The notes under the pieces are model-generated. The model had not been told where the DNA came from. It did no database searches and saw only the letters and a program-made list of their open reading frames with translations. This document shows positions 17,399 through 26,622 of a DNA stretch of 51,100 bases, in pieces (the first letter of the stretch is position 1; every line of letters starts with the position of its first letter). The position numbers were made by a program, and so were the translations under genes. The stretch lies in the sequence record DRR723986_1312; one strand, given 5' to 3'.

Positions 17399-18472
17399 AT
17401 GAAAGATATATTTGAATTGGCCAAAACCGGTGAAAAAACTCCGGCTGAGTTGGGCTACTATTTCCCTGCGGAATTTGCTCCACATACGGCTACTTGGTTA
17501 AGTTGGCCGCATAAAGAAGGTTCTTGGCCGGGGAAACTTGATACTGTTTTTGCTCCGTATTCTGAGTTTATCAAATACGTGGCTCTTGGCGAAATCGTCA
17601 ATATCAACGTAGCGGATGAGGCTATGAAGGCATTTGCTTTGGCACATCTGGAAAAAGCAGGAGTAAATTTGGCAAATATCCGGTTTCACTTTTTCCCAAC
17701 AAATGATGCATGGTGTCGAGATCATGGGCCTGCATTTCTAATTAATCCGGAAGCAGATGTGAAGAAGGTTTTGGTGAAATGGGATTACAATGCCTGGGGA
17801 GAGAAATATCCTCCTCATGATCTAGACAACCAGATTCCGATCAGAATCGCTGCTGAATTGGGTATTCCTTGCTTCAAACCTGGAATGGTCATGGAAGGTG
17901 GTTCTGTAGAATTCAATGGAAAAGGGACGCTATTGACCTCAGAAGCCTGTCTTTTGAATGAAAACAGAAACCCTCATTTGAACCAAGCACAGATCGAACG
18001 CTACCTTCAGGATTATTACGGTGTGAACCATATCCTTTGGGTTGGAGACGGGATCATTGGTGACGATACAGATGGACATATAGATGACATCACCCGCTTT
18101 GTCAATGAGGATACCGTGCTGACTGTGGTGGAAGAAAATAGGGCAGATGAAAATCACCAGCTGCTCCAGGAGAATTTGGAGAGATTGCACAAGATGCGTC
18201 TGGAAAACGGTAAGCAATTGAACGTGGTTGAGCTTTCAATGCCAAGTCCGGTGATTTGGGATGATCAGAGACTTCCTGCTTCCTATGCCAATTTCTACAT
18301 TGCTAATCATGCTGTGGTCGTTCCGACTTTCAGAGATAAAAAGGATCAGCAAGCGCTGGATATTATTTCAGACTGTTTTCCAGATCGAAAAGTAGTAGGC
18401 GTAGATTCTACAGATATCATCTGGGGATTGGGTAGTTTTCACTGCCTGAGTCAGCAGGAACCGGCTGTTTAG
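17399..18472 (+). CDS. aguA: Agmatine deiminase family protein
   Basis: PAEF..H, DAWCRDHGP, EGGS, DDTDGHIDD, ASYANFY, GSFHCLSQQ. Confidence 0.92.
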   Translation: MKDIFELAKTGEKTPAELGYYFPAEFAPHTATWLSWPHKEGSWPGKLDTVFAPYSEFIKYVALGEIVNINVADEAMKAFALAHLEKAGVNLANIRFHFFPTNDAWCRDHGPAFLINPEADVKKVLVKWDYNAWGEKYPPHDLDNQIPIRIAAELGIPCFKPGMVMEGGSVEFNGKGTLLTSEACLLNENRNPHLNQAQIERYLQDYYGVNHILWVGDGIIGDDTDGHIDDITRFVNEDTVLTVVEENRADENHQLLQENLERLHKMRLENGKQLNVVELSMPSPVIWDDQRLPASYANFYIANHAVVVPTFRDKKDQQALDIISDCFPDRKVVGVDSTDIIWGLGSFHCLSQQEPAV

Positions 18473-18514
18473 TATGCAGCTAACAGTAGGCAGGGAGCAG
18501 TTTTCAGTGGCTAC
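18466..18514 (+). repeat. Degenerate 7-bp tandem array (nnnnCAG), upstream flank of the four-helix-bundle gene
   Basis: tgtttag tatgcag ctaacag taggcag ggagcag ttttcag tggctac. The first unit contains the aguA stop codon. Confidence 0.65.
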
Positions 18515-18549
18515 TTAGCTGAATTTGACAGTGGAGGTGTTTTGATATT

Positions 18550-18593
18550 AGAGCATGTGAATTATTTCTATAAAGAAATGATTCACATGCTTT
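18550..18593 (+). terminator. Long hairpin (18-20-bp stem, ATAA loop) followed by a T-rich run; terminator of aguBA or an operator
   Basis: agcatgtgaattatttct-ataa-agaaatgattcacatgct. The single mismatch is a U-G wobble on the + strand. Confidence 0.6.
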
Positions 18594-18600
18594 TATATTT

Positions 18601-18608
18601 TATTTTTG
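18601..18608 (+). promoter_or_regulatory. Candidate -7 element (TAnnTTTG) for the four-helix-bundle gene
   Basis: TATTTTTG 43 nt upstream of the ATG at 18652. The T-rich context makes a chance match possible. Confidence 0.4.
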
Positions 18609-18651
18609 AAACGTATTTTAATTTTATTTTTTTTAATTAAACTTTTCTTAA

Positions 18652-19023
18652 ATGGATTTTAAAGATCTTTTAGCCTACAAAAAAGGATTCCAGCTTGCAA
18701 TGAATATTTATGAGATAAGCAAAGGCTTCCCTTCAGAAGAGAAGTATTCTTTGATTGATCAAATACGGAGGTCAAGCAGGTCCACCTGTGCCAATATTGG
18801 AGAAGGTTATCGAAAAAGAAGATATCCATCTCACTTCATTTCAAAACTTTCAGATGCAGATATGGAAAATACTGAAACTCAAGTCTGGGTTGAGTTTTCA
18901 TTTGCTTGCGGATATATTTCAGAAAGCACTAAAACAGCTTGGGAACATGACTCATTAGAAATCGGAAAATTAATAGGCTATATGATGGAAAACCCTGAGA
19001 AATTTGGATCAAAATCAATCTGA
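18652..19023 (+). CDS. Four helix bundle protein (23S rRNA IVS-protein / TIGR02436-like family)
   Basis: FKDLLAYKK...FPSEEKYSLIDQIRRSSRSTCANIGEGY...F...E.TETQVW family signature. Confidence 0.93.
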   Translation: MDFKDLLAYKKGFQLAMNIYEISKGFPSEEKYSLIDQIRRSSRSTCANIGEGYRKRRYPSHFISKLSDADMENTETQVWVEFSFACGYISESTKTAWEHDSLEIGKLIGYMMENPEKFGSKSI

Positions 19024-19032
19024 TATTACTAC

Positions 19033-19110
19033 CTGTCTACTGCCCACTGTAACACTGCCCACTGCTCACTGCCCACTGCCCACTGCCCATTGCTCACTGC
19101 CCACTGATAA
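19033..19110 (+). repeat. 7-bp tandem array (CTGCCCA)n, ~11 units, downstream flank of the four-helix-bundle gene
   Basis: ctgtcta ctgccca ctgtaaca ctgccca ctgctca ctgccca ctgccca ctgccca ttgctca ctgccca ctgataa. Opposite orientation to the upstream nnnnCAG array. Confidence 0.9.
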
Positions 19111-19786
19111 CTCTACCATCCTCCATTTCAATAATCCGGTCTGTTCCAGCAGCGAATTCAGGGTCGTGAGTCACGATAAGAATCGTTTGGTGGAATTCGG
19201 TGGTTAATTCTTTGAAAATATTGAATACGATATCTGCATTTTTTTTGTCCAGATTCCCGGTTGGTTCGTCACCCATAATCAGTAGTGGGTCATTGATTAG
19301 CGCTCTGGCAATCGCTACGCGTTGTTTTTGGCCTCCCGAAAGCTGATTCGCTTTTTTTAGTGCATGATCCTGCATGTCAAAGATTTTCAGCTTTTCCATT
19401 GCCCGATGCTCCAATTCCTCTCGAGAGAATTTCCCAAGCTTTAAACCCGGAATCAGCACATTTTCTAGTACTGAAAATTCATTGAGTAAATAATGAAACT
19501 GAAAGACGAAGCCTATTTTTTCATTTCGAAGCCTGGAAAGGTAACTCGAGGGTTTTCCAGTTGTGATTTGTTCATCTATCAGCAACTCTCCTTTGTAATC
19601 CGTATCCATGGTTGATAGAATGTAGAGCAAAGTGGATTTTCCGCAACCACTTTTCCCTACTACTGATACGAATTCTCCACGATTAATCCTGAAACTGACA
19701 TTTCTCAATACCTGAGTTTCGATGGGATTGTAGAAAAACTTATCAATGTTTTTCGCTTCCAGTACAGATTGATTTGTCTTTGTCAT
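19094..19786 (-). CDS. ABC transporter ATP-binding protein (LolD/MacB-like)
   Basis: [35 protein letters not shown]. Confidence 0.95.
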   Translation of the reverse strand: MTKTNQSVLEAKNIDKFFYNPIETQVLRNVSFRINRGEFVSVVGKSGCGKSTLLYILSTMDTDYKGELLIDEQITTGKPSSYLSRLRNEKIGFVFQFHYLLNEFSVLENVLIPGLKLGKFSREELEHRAMEKLKIFDMQDHALKKANQLSGGQKQRVAIARALINDPLLIMGDEPTGNLDKKNADIVFNIFKELTTEFHQTILIVTHDPEFAAGTDRIIEMEDGRVISGQ

Positions 19787-21039
19787 TTCCCTCTGATTAT
19801 ATCTACTGGATCTACAGAACTAGCTTTTCTCGCTGGGAAAAATCCCGCCAAGTATGTGGTCACTAAACTGAAAATACCGCCGATCATATAGTACTTTACA
19901 CTGAAATCAACTGGGAAAGTCTTTACAGTTGGGAGTGCTTCTGTTTCAAAAGGAATTTGCTCTATGCCCAAGCATGCTAAATACCCAAATAAGAGCCCGA
20001 TTCCACCTCCAAAAACTCCAATAGAAACGGCGATCGTAATGAAAATTCGCTTTACATCCGAGCTGTTGAAACCGATTGCTTTCAGAATGGCAATCGTGTC
20101 TAATTTCTCATAGATCATCATATTCAGGATATTGTAAATCCCGAAACCTGAGACCACCAATAGCGTAATACCGACGGCATAGCTGATTAAAGTCCGGATG
20201 CTAGAACCAGTTTCAAATTGCGCATTGACAGTCTGAATATCATCTGCTTCAATTGCAAAAATGTCTCTGTATTCATTTGCAAAGGCAGGTGCCTGATTGA
20301 AATCAAAGAGTTTTACTTGAATATCTGTTAGGTAAGAACTTGGCTCTCCCATCATTTTTTGAACAGTATTGATGGAGGCGAAGCTATTAGCATTGTCAAA
20401 ATCTGCTAATCCCGATTGATAATACCCAACTACTTTGAGCTGCGCTTTATTTCCTTTTGCTGTTGTCACTTGGATCACATCTCCAATATCTGCCAACATC
20501 CGATCGGCGGCACCCTTACCCAAAATAATGCTGTTAGTTTGGAGTAAATCAGCCGGATTACCAACGGTGACATAATCTTTGAAGGCAAATAATTCGGTTT
20601 CCATTTCGGGGTCTATTCCGTTTACGATTCCTGTCAAATCGATACTTCCTACATTGTAAAAGACTTGGGAAGCTATTTTAGCACTTACTCCTTTTACTCG
20701 TGGATCCTTATTTAGCGTGTTTAAAATTGGCTCTGAATTATAAATCGATAACCTCGAATTACTTGGCTTGATAGATCTGATGACGTTGATTCCTGAACCA
20801 AACTCAGGAGAAAGGTCTATAGGTTGGTTCGGGTTTGGCTTAATCTGATTGTAGAATCTGATATGTGGAGTCCGATTGAGTACTAACCCATCTAATAGCG
20901 TGTTTAGCCCATTCATAAAGCCTAGTAATGCTACGAACATCGTAATGCTAAAAGTTACTCCTATAGCTGCTACCAATGTTTGCTTTACCCGCGCAAACAT
21001 TAATGCTCTAGCTATTTCGATAATAAGCGACCATTTCAT
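19783..21039 (-). CDS. ABC transporter permease (LolC/E-, FtsX-like)
   Basis: One N-terminal TM, large periplasmic domain, three C-terminal TMs; IAILKAIG and FPARKAS motifs. Overlaps both neighbours by 4 bp. Confidence 0.9.
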   Translation of the reverse strand: MKWSLIIEIARALMFARVKQTLVAAIGVTFSITMFVALLGFMNGLNTLLDGLVLNRTPHIRFYNQIKPNPNQPIDLSPEFGSGINVIRSIKPSNSRLSIYNSEPILNTLNKDPRVKGVSAKIASQVFYNVGSIDLTGIVNGIDPEMETELFAFKDYVTVGNPADLLQTNSIILGKGAADRMLADIGDVIQVTTAKGNKAQLKVVGYYQSGLADFDNANSFASINTVQKMMGEPSSYLTDIQVKLFDFNQAPAFANEYRDIFAIEADDIQTVNAQFETGSSIRTLISYAVGITLLVVSGFGIYNILNMMIYEKLDTIAILKAIGFNSSDVKRIFITIAVSIGVFGGGIGLLFGYLACLGIEQIPFETEALPTVKTFPVDFSVKYYMIGGIFSLVTTYLAGFFPARKASSVDPVDIIRGK

Positions 21040-22151
21040 AGGCCAGGCTTGATGATTCTTGTTTCAGAAGTAATTCCCTCAAGAATTTCTGCAAATTGAT
21101 AGTTTCTTATTCCAACTTTTACTGCAAGTGTATCCTCATTTTCACTGATCAACAATGAATCCGCTATAAGGTAGGTTCTTGGTATAACCAATGCTTTCTC
21201 TCGAACTTCCGTAATGATGTTAGCTTCCAAACTCAGGTTTGGGTAGAGTTGAGGAGGAGCTTTGGTGAATGCAGCCTCAACTTTAAAGCTTTTGGTTTGA
21301 GTATCCATGATCGGATAGATTTTGCTCACTTCAGCCTCAAATGTCTGGCCTTTGTAGCTATCCATCGACACAGAAACGATCTGGCCAAGTTTGACTTTGG
21401 AGATATCATACTCATCTACCTGTAATTCAAGAATAAAGTCATTGGCACTTCCCAAGACAGCAAGTGCTACTTGTGGTGTAACCATTTCACCTTTTTCTTT
21501 CAAAAGGGAGTAAACTTTTCCATTGATTTTACTTTTCAGCACATAATCACTTTCCAGGACTTTACTGATTGCAAGATTCTTGGAAGCGCTGCTGGAGTTG
21601 AATTGGATTTCTCTTTTCAAATCATTGTATCGGATTACAGATGATTCATAGGCAGTTTTTGAATTTTCCCAGTTGAGACGTCTTTGCTCAAATTCAACTT
21701 CAGTTCCAATGTTTTGATCATGGAGATTTTTCTGGCGAACGTAAAGTAAGGAGTCGTTCTGCATCTTGCTTTTAGCCAGATCGATGGTGAGTTGGAGATC
21801 TTTTAGTTTGGATTGGTTTTCTTGAAGTCCCGCGTAGGCTTTTGCTATTTCTGCATTTTCTCTACTCAATTTTTCCCGTTCGCTAAAGACAGCCAATAGA
21901 GGAGTGCCAATGGAAACTGAATCTCCTTCTTCCACAAAAATCTCTTGAATTGGACCGCTGGCATTAGTGAATGCATCGTATTGATCCACTGCTTTGATAT
22001 TGCCAGATGCATAGACAGATTCAGTTATCCCAGTTATTTCGGGTTGAATAGGCTCTCGGGAATCTGACCCACAACTCAAAAAAATAACACTTAGAGGTAA
22101 TACACTAAAAAGAGAGAGGCAATTTGGGTTCTTAATCTGAAGTATTTTCAT
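21036..22151 (-). CDS. Efflux periplasmic adaptor subunit (MacA/HlyD-like), probable lipoprotein
   Basis: VIFLSC lipobox-like motif, VEEGDSV lipoyl-like motif, coiled coil, VDEYDI..VKLGQ. Start uncertain (22151 or 22187). Confidence 0.88.
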   Translation of the reverse strand: MKILQIKNPNCLSLFSVLPLSVIFLSCGSDSREPIQPEITGITESVYASGNIKAVDQYDAFTNASGPIQEIFVEEGDSVSIGTPLLAVFSEREKLSRENAEIAKAYAGLQENQSKLKDLQLTIDLAKSKMQNDSLLYVRQKNLHDQNIGTEVEFEQRRLNWENSKTAYESSVIRYNDLKREIQFNSSSASKNLAISKVLESDYVLKSKINGKVYSLLKEKGEMVTPQVALAVLGSANDFILELQVDEYDISKVKLGQIVSVSMDSYKGQTFEAEVSKIYPIMDTQTKSFKVEAAFTKAPPQLYPNLSLEANIITEVREKALVIPRTYLIADSLLISENEDTLAVKVGIRNYQFAEILEGITSETRIIKPGL

Positions 22152-22307
22152 AAGTATTCTTTGAATAAAAGAATTGAAATGATTCATAATTTAAAGACAA
22201 TTAGCAGATAAGACCAGTTATTTTGAGCAAAGAAGCATTTTACTTCGTAATTATCTTAAATAGAATTTCTATTAAACCAGCTTTAAATTTCTACTTCCAA
22301 ATTCTAC

Positions 22308-23165
22308 ATGATTAAAGCCCTTTATTACAGCTTTTCAATTTGCGTTTTTAGTTTTCTTTTGAGCTCCTGCGCTTTTCAGACTTTGCACAGAACGAAAGAA
22401 GTCAATTTCATTTCTAGCGGGAACCAAGCGGGTCTACCCCAAAAGTCTCTAGATATTTACGCTCCTAAAAATGCTGAAAACCTCCCCGTATTGTTGTTTT
22501 TCTATGGTGGAAGTTGGAAGTCGGGGAAGAAGGAGATGTATAACTTTCTTGGGAATAGATTAGCTAGAAGGGATGTGATCGTTGTGATTGCTGATTATCC
22601 CTTATCCCCTGATTATCAGGTTCCAGCTATGCAAGCATCGGCTTTGGCAGCTGTGAATTGGACGAAGGATAATATTGAACGCTTTGGAGGCGATTCAGAC
22701 CGGATTGTTGTTTCTGGACATTCTGCAGGAGGGCATCTAGCATCCTTGATTGCAGTGAAAGAAGATGAATTGAATCCTTCAGAGAATGGAAAGGAGTTGG
22801 CGGGTTCTATTTTGATCGATGCTGCCGGATTAGATATGTATGGTTACTTAGAAGAAACGAGTGAGGGAGAAGGTAAGAAGTATCTGAATGCATTTACCGA
22901 TGACCCTGCAGTCTGGAAGAAATATTCTTCGATGTACTTTTTGAAAGAGAATTTAGCACCTATGCTGATTTTAGAAGGAGAGCGGACATATCCTAGTATT
23001 CAAGCGGGGCGAGAGCGGTTTATGAAGCGAATAGAGGAGAAAGGAATTGATGATGTGACTGTGAAAATCTATCCTAAGAAAAAGCATATTCCCATGATTA
23101 CACAGTTTCTATGGACTGGAGGCAGAGTCTATAAAGATGTTTTGGGATTTATTGAGGAGAATTGA
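22308..23165 (+). CDS. Alpha/beta hydrolase (carboxylesterase/lipase-like), lipoprotein
   Basis: LLSSC lipobox, LDIY, YGGSW oxyanion motif, GHSAGG nucleophile, C-terminal His. Confidence 0.88.
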   Translation: MIKALYYSFSICVFSFLLSSCAFQTLHRTKEVNFISSGNQAGLPQKSLDIYAPKNAENLPVLLFFYGGSWKSGKKEMYNFLGNRLARRDVIVVIADYPLSPDYQVPAMQASALAAVNWTKDNIERFGGDSDRIVVSGHSAGGHLASLIAVKEDELNPSENGKELAGSILIDAAGLDMYGYLEETSEGEGKKYLNAFTDDPAVWKKYSSMYFLKENLAPMLILEGERTYPSIQAGRERFMKRIEEKGIDDVTVKIYPKKKHIPMITQFLWTGGRVYKDVLGFIEEN

Positions 23166-23176
23166 TTTTTGAATTC

Positions 23177-23596
23177 TTACTTCACCAGACTATCAATCAA
23201 TTCCTCAGGAGTGATTACAGGGAGGTAAGGCTTAGAGAGCTTGAGGAAATCTTTGTCTGAGGTGACAATGGAATCCATATGGTGATTAAGACAAATGAAA
23301 TAATGGATGGAATCTTCTATATCTGTGTGGGTGGATTGAATTGCAGAAAGAATTGAATTTTGATCTCCTTCAAGCAGTGTAAACTTGTCACAAATCACAC
23401 CTATTATTTCTTTGCAAACGGGAAGATCTTTAGCCTGCTTGAGGTAATAAGCACAAGTTTGGATTACTGAGATGGTTACATGACCTTGTATTTGGTTATT
23501 GTCCAGTTTTTCAAAAATTGAATTGATCAATTCTTGCTTTGGACTTCTCTCCAAGAAAAAATCAAGGAGTATATTGACATCAAAGAAGATCTTCAA
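23177..23596 (-). CDS. PIN-domain (VapC-like) toxin
   Basis: IFFDVNILLD, DIEDSI and IVTSDKDF acidic PIN motifs. Overlaps the upstream small gene by 17 bp. Confidence 0.88.
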   Translation of the reverse strand: MKIFFDVNILLDFFLERSPKQELINSIFEKLDNNQIQGHVTISVIQTCAYYLKQAKDLPVCKEIIGVICDKFTLLEGDQNSILSAIQSTHTDIEDSIHYFICLNHHMDSIVTSDKDFLKLSKPYLPVITPEELIDSLVK

Positions 23597-23852
23597 AGCC
23601 GTATTTTTTAGCTCGTTCCTTATAAATCTCTTCTTTCCAATCGTAACCTTCTGGGTAATCTACTTTCGATTTTGGTAAAGATTTCATGTATTCCACCAAG
23701 CTCATTCCGTTTTTCAATTTTGGCTTTGGTTTGATTAGCGCTTCGAAATGCTCTTCCACAAGACTTGAAATACTCGTCTCATTTTGATCCGCGTAAGCCT
23801 TGATCTTATCCAGCAGGTTTTCTTCTATAGTGATGTTAAGTCTCTTCTTCAT
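23580..23852 (-). CDS. Antitoxin, ribbon-helix-helix type (DUF6364-like)
   Basis: MKKRLNITIEENLLDKIKAYADQNETSISSLVEEHF fits an RHH pattern; lies upstream of the PIN gene. Confidence 0.85.
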   Translation of the reverse strand: MKKRLNITIEENLLDKIKAYADQNETSISSLVEEHFEALIKPKPKLKNGMSLVEYMKSLPKSKVDYPEGYDWKEEIYKERAKKYGFEDLL

Positions 23853-23884
23853 GTGGGCAGAAATATTTTAAAGGTCACATGGAA

Positions 23885-23976
23885 TCTCGCATACTAGATA
23901 ATCATCCAACCGTATGACGATTTTGTTATGCGCAATTTGATAATTTATGCGCATGATCCTGTGAATATACGCATGA
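23885..23976. promoter_or_regulatory. Phased direct repeats (TATRCGCATGA-like) upstream of the TA operon; candidate operator
   Basis: tatgcgcaa at 23927, tatgcgcatga at 23946, tatacgcatga at 23966; weaker cgta/cgca cores at 23911 and 23888. Confidence 0.45.
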
Positions 23977-24029
23977 ACATATAAAAACGTTTTTAACTTG
24001 TTGATAAAGAGTGTGTAATATTCTCTCGA

Positions 24030-24069
24030 AATCTTCCAATCTTCCAATTTTTCAATCTTCCAATCTGCC
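24030..24069. repeat. 8-bp tandem array (AATCTTCC)x5
   Basis: aatcttcc aatcttcc aatttttc aatcttcc aatctgcc, 30 bp past the priA stop. Confidence 0.8.
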
Positions 24070-24099
24070 ACGGCGGACAAGTTCTTCCAATAAATTAAT

Positions 24100-26619
24100 C
24101 TAAGAAGGATCCACATCCACCACGAATCTCACTGAGCGAAACTCAGGTCTTGATTTGAGCTCTTCTGTGATTTTCCACAGATTTTCTTTGAAGATCACAC
24201 CTGTATTGCTGCTTCGATCCAATTTGATCAAACTTTCAAACTGATATTGATTCTTTATTCTGGCGATGATGCCTTTCTCGGGACCAAGCACAATTTTCTT
24301 AATAGGAATTTCAGCCATGCCGTGATGGAGATTTAGCGCTGCTTTTTCCGCCACTTTGTAATCTGTGTGACGAGTCGTGATTTTCACCAGTTTTACAAAT
24401 GGCGGGTAATAGAACTTCTTCCGGTCATGAATTTCCTGATTGAAAAACTCAAAATAGTCACCTTTAATCACCTGAGCATAAATCTGTGTTTCAGGATCTC
24501 TTGTTTGAACGATTACTTGGCCTTGAGCTTCTCTTCGCCCTGCTCTACCTGCCACTTGTGTGATTTGCTGATAGGCTCTTTCTCCAGCGCGGAAATCAGG
24601 GAAGTTTAAAATCCGATCGCCATCCCAAATCCCAACAACTGTCACTCTGCCGAAGTCCAATCCTTTGGTAATCATTTGAGTTCCTACAAGTATATCCAAA
24701 TTTCCAGATCCAAATTCGTCTAATAAGCGCTGATAACCATGTTTGTTTCGGGTCGTGTCCAGATCCATTCTGCCAATTCTAGCTTCAGGAAAAAGTAAAC
24801 CCAAAGATTCTTCTATTCGCTCCGTTCCCATGCCCATCGTGGTGAGTTGCGTACTTCCGCAGGCAGGGCAGGAGCTAGGCGTTTTTTCTTTGTATCCACA
24901 GTAATGACAGCGGAGTTCTTCCGAGAACTGATGATATGTGAGACTGACATCGCACTGTACGCATTGTCCAGTCCAGCCGCAATCCTCGCATTGAACATAG
25001 GGTGAATAGCCTCTACGATTTTGGAAGATTAAAACTTGCTCTTGTTTTGCCAGAGCATCTTGAATTCGCTCACGCAAAATGCGAGTCGTATCCAGTTTGA
25101 GGAGGTTTTTTCTTTTATCAGCTGCCATATCAGCCAAATGGAATTGAGGCATGCTGGCCTCTCCAAAGCGATGGGTCAATTCCACGTAACCAAATTTACC
25201 CTGACTAGCATTGAAATAGGATTCGAATGAGGGCGTAGCCGATCCTAAAAGCGTCCTTGCCTGATGGAAATAGGCAAGCATAATTGCAGAATCCCTTGCC
25301 TGAAAGCGTGGCGCAGGATCAAATTGCTTATAGCTTGACTCATGCTCTTCATCGACGATGATTAGTCCTAAGCTATCAAATGGCAAGAAAATAGAAGATC
25401 TCACACCAACCACGAAAGAGAACCTTCCGCTTAATACGCCATTCCAAACTTCCACCCGCTCATTGTCAGAATACTTGGAGTGGTAGACACCCATTTGGCT
25501 TCCAAATACTTTTTTAAGCCGAGTTACAATCTGGGTGGTTAGTGCGATTTCTGGCAAAAGCAGTAAAACCTGAGAGCCAGAATCCAGTACCTCCCGGATC
25601 ATCTGAATGTAAATTTCAGTTTTGCCACTGCCCGTCACCCCATGTAGCAAGACAGATTGCTTGCTTTCAAACTGATGCTTGATCTCTTCGAAGGCGGCTT
25701 GCTGACTGGAGGAAAGGACGGCTGGTTCAGATTCAGGTTCTTCTTCGGCAAGTCTGTTTACTACGACTTTGAAGGACTCGAATATTCCGTTTTTAATCAG
25801 TGTTTTCAGCGAACTCTCAGAATCACCTTCCTCTAATAAGGTAGCTTTATCAAGCCCTGTTGAATTTGCTTTTGGTCTTTGAAGGACGGGGACATCTCGT
25901 AGGTATTTCAAAAGGATTGATTCCTGTTTTGCCTTGCCAGCTAAGGCTTCAAAAACTTCCTGTAACGCGTTTTTGCTAGCTAATAATTCCGGCATCAATC
26001 GAATCCTCGTCTCCACCTTTGGAGTATATTTCTCCTGCACTTTCTCAAAAATCAGAATGGCTTCTTTCTTGACAAGGCTCTTCAGAATAGGGTGGATACT
26101 TTTGATGGAAAGCACCTTTTCGCAGTCATCATAAGAAAGCTCAGGTTTGGATTCTAAAGCGTCCAGGATCATAATTTCCCGATCATCAAGCGGGTATTTG
26201 CTCGTTTCCCGATCGTAGTTAGGGTTGAGCTGTACCTTACTTTCGCTACTCAATCTTAATCCTGAAGGCAATGCGGCATGCATCACTTCCCCAATATGAC
26301 AGAAGTAATATTCTGCCATCCATACCCAAAACCGGATTTGAAGCGGATTTACGCTAGGCGTATCGTCCAGAACTTCGAGAATTGGTTTGGCCTGATAAGC
26401 TTGTGGGGGCTTATTGTGGACTTTTCCAATGATTCCCGTGAGGACTTTTTTCTTTCCAAACTGTACAATGACGCGAGCCCCTAGATTGATCTCTGGCTGC
26501 ATGGAATGCGGAATGCTGTAAGTAAACATCCTCGGTATCGGAACGGGCAGGATGATGTCTGCGAAATTATTTCCGCTTCCGGATGGATATAAATCTTGAT
26601 CTGAAAAAAGGCTTTCCAA
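24100..26619 (-). CDS. priA: Primosomal protein N' (replication restart helicase)
   Basis: HGVTGSGKTEIY, PEIALT, DEEH, GSATPS, NRRGY, four CxxC pairs, GTQMITKGLD, QVAGRAGR. TTG start. Confidence 0.97.
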   Translation of the reverse strand: MESLFSDQDLYPSGSGNNFADIILPVPIPRMFTYSIPHSMQPEINLGARVIVQFGKKKVLTGIIGKVHNKPPQAYQAKPILEVLDDTPSVNPLQIRFWVWMAEYYFCHIGEVMHAALPSGLRLSSESKVQLNPNYDRETSKYPLDDREIMILDALESKPELSYDDCEKVLSIKSIHPILKSLVKKEAILIFEKVQEKYTPKVETRIRLMPELLASKNALQEVFEALAGKAKQESILLKYLRDVPVLQRPKANSTGLDKATLLEEGDSESSLKTLIKNGIFESFKVVVNRLAEEEPESEPAVLSSSQQAAFEEIKHQFESKQSVLLHGVTGSGKTEIYIQMIREVLDSGSQVLLLLPEIALTTQIVTRLKKVFGSQMGVYHSKYSDNERVEVWNGVLSGRFSFVVGVRSSIFLPFDSLGLIIVDEEHESSYKQFDPAPRFQARDSAIMLAYFHQARTLLGSATPSFESYFNASQGKFGYVELTHRFGEASMPQFHLADMAADKRKNLLKLDTTRILRERIQDALAKQEQVLIFQNRRGYSPYVQCEDCGWTGQCVQCDVSLTYHQFSEELRCHYCGYKEKTPSSCPACGSTQLTTMGMGTERIEESLGLLFPEARIGRMDLDTTRNKHGYQRLLDEFGSGNLDILVGTQMITKGLDFGRVTVVGIWDGDRILNFPDFRAGERAYQQITQVAGRAGRREAQGQVIVQTRDPETQIYAQVIKGDYFEFFNQEIHDRKKFYYPPFVKLVKITTRHTDYKVAEKAALNLHHGMAEIPIKKIVLGPEKGIIARIKNQYQFESLIKLDRSSNTGVIFKENLWKITEELKSRPEFRSVRFVVDVDPS

Positions 26620-26622
26620 GGA

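Noticed and set aside
18652-19023. Diversity-generating retroelement or rRNA intervening sequence
   Set aside because: The protein family is related to Avd and IVS proteins, but no reverse transcriptase, TR/VR pair or rRNA sequence is seen in the window.
19004-19207. 67-aa ORF with LPTAHC repeats
   Set aside because: It is a translation of the CTGCCCA heptamer array and overlaps two real genes.
23868-24116. 82-aa minus-strand ORF upstream of the antitoxin
   Set aside because: It contains the translated octamer array (DWKIEKLEDWKI), overlaps the priA end and covers the likely TA promoter. No family resemblance.
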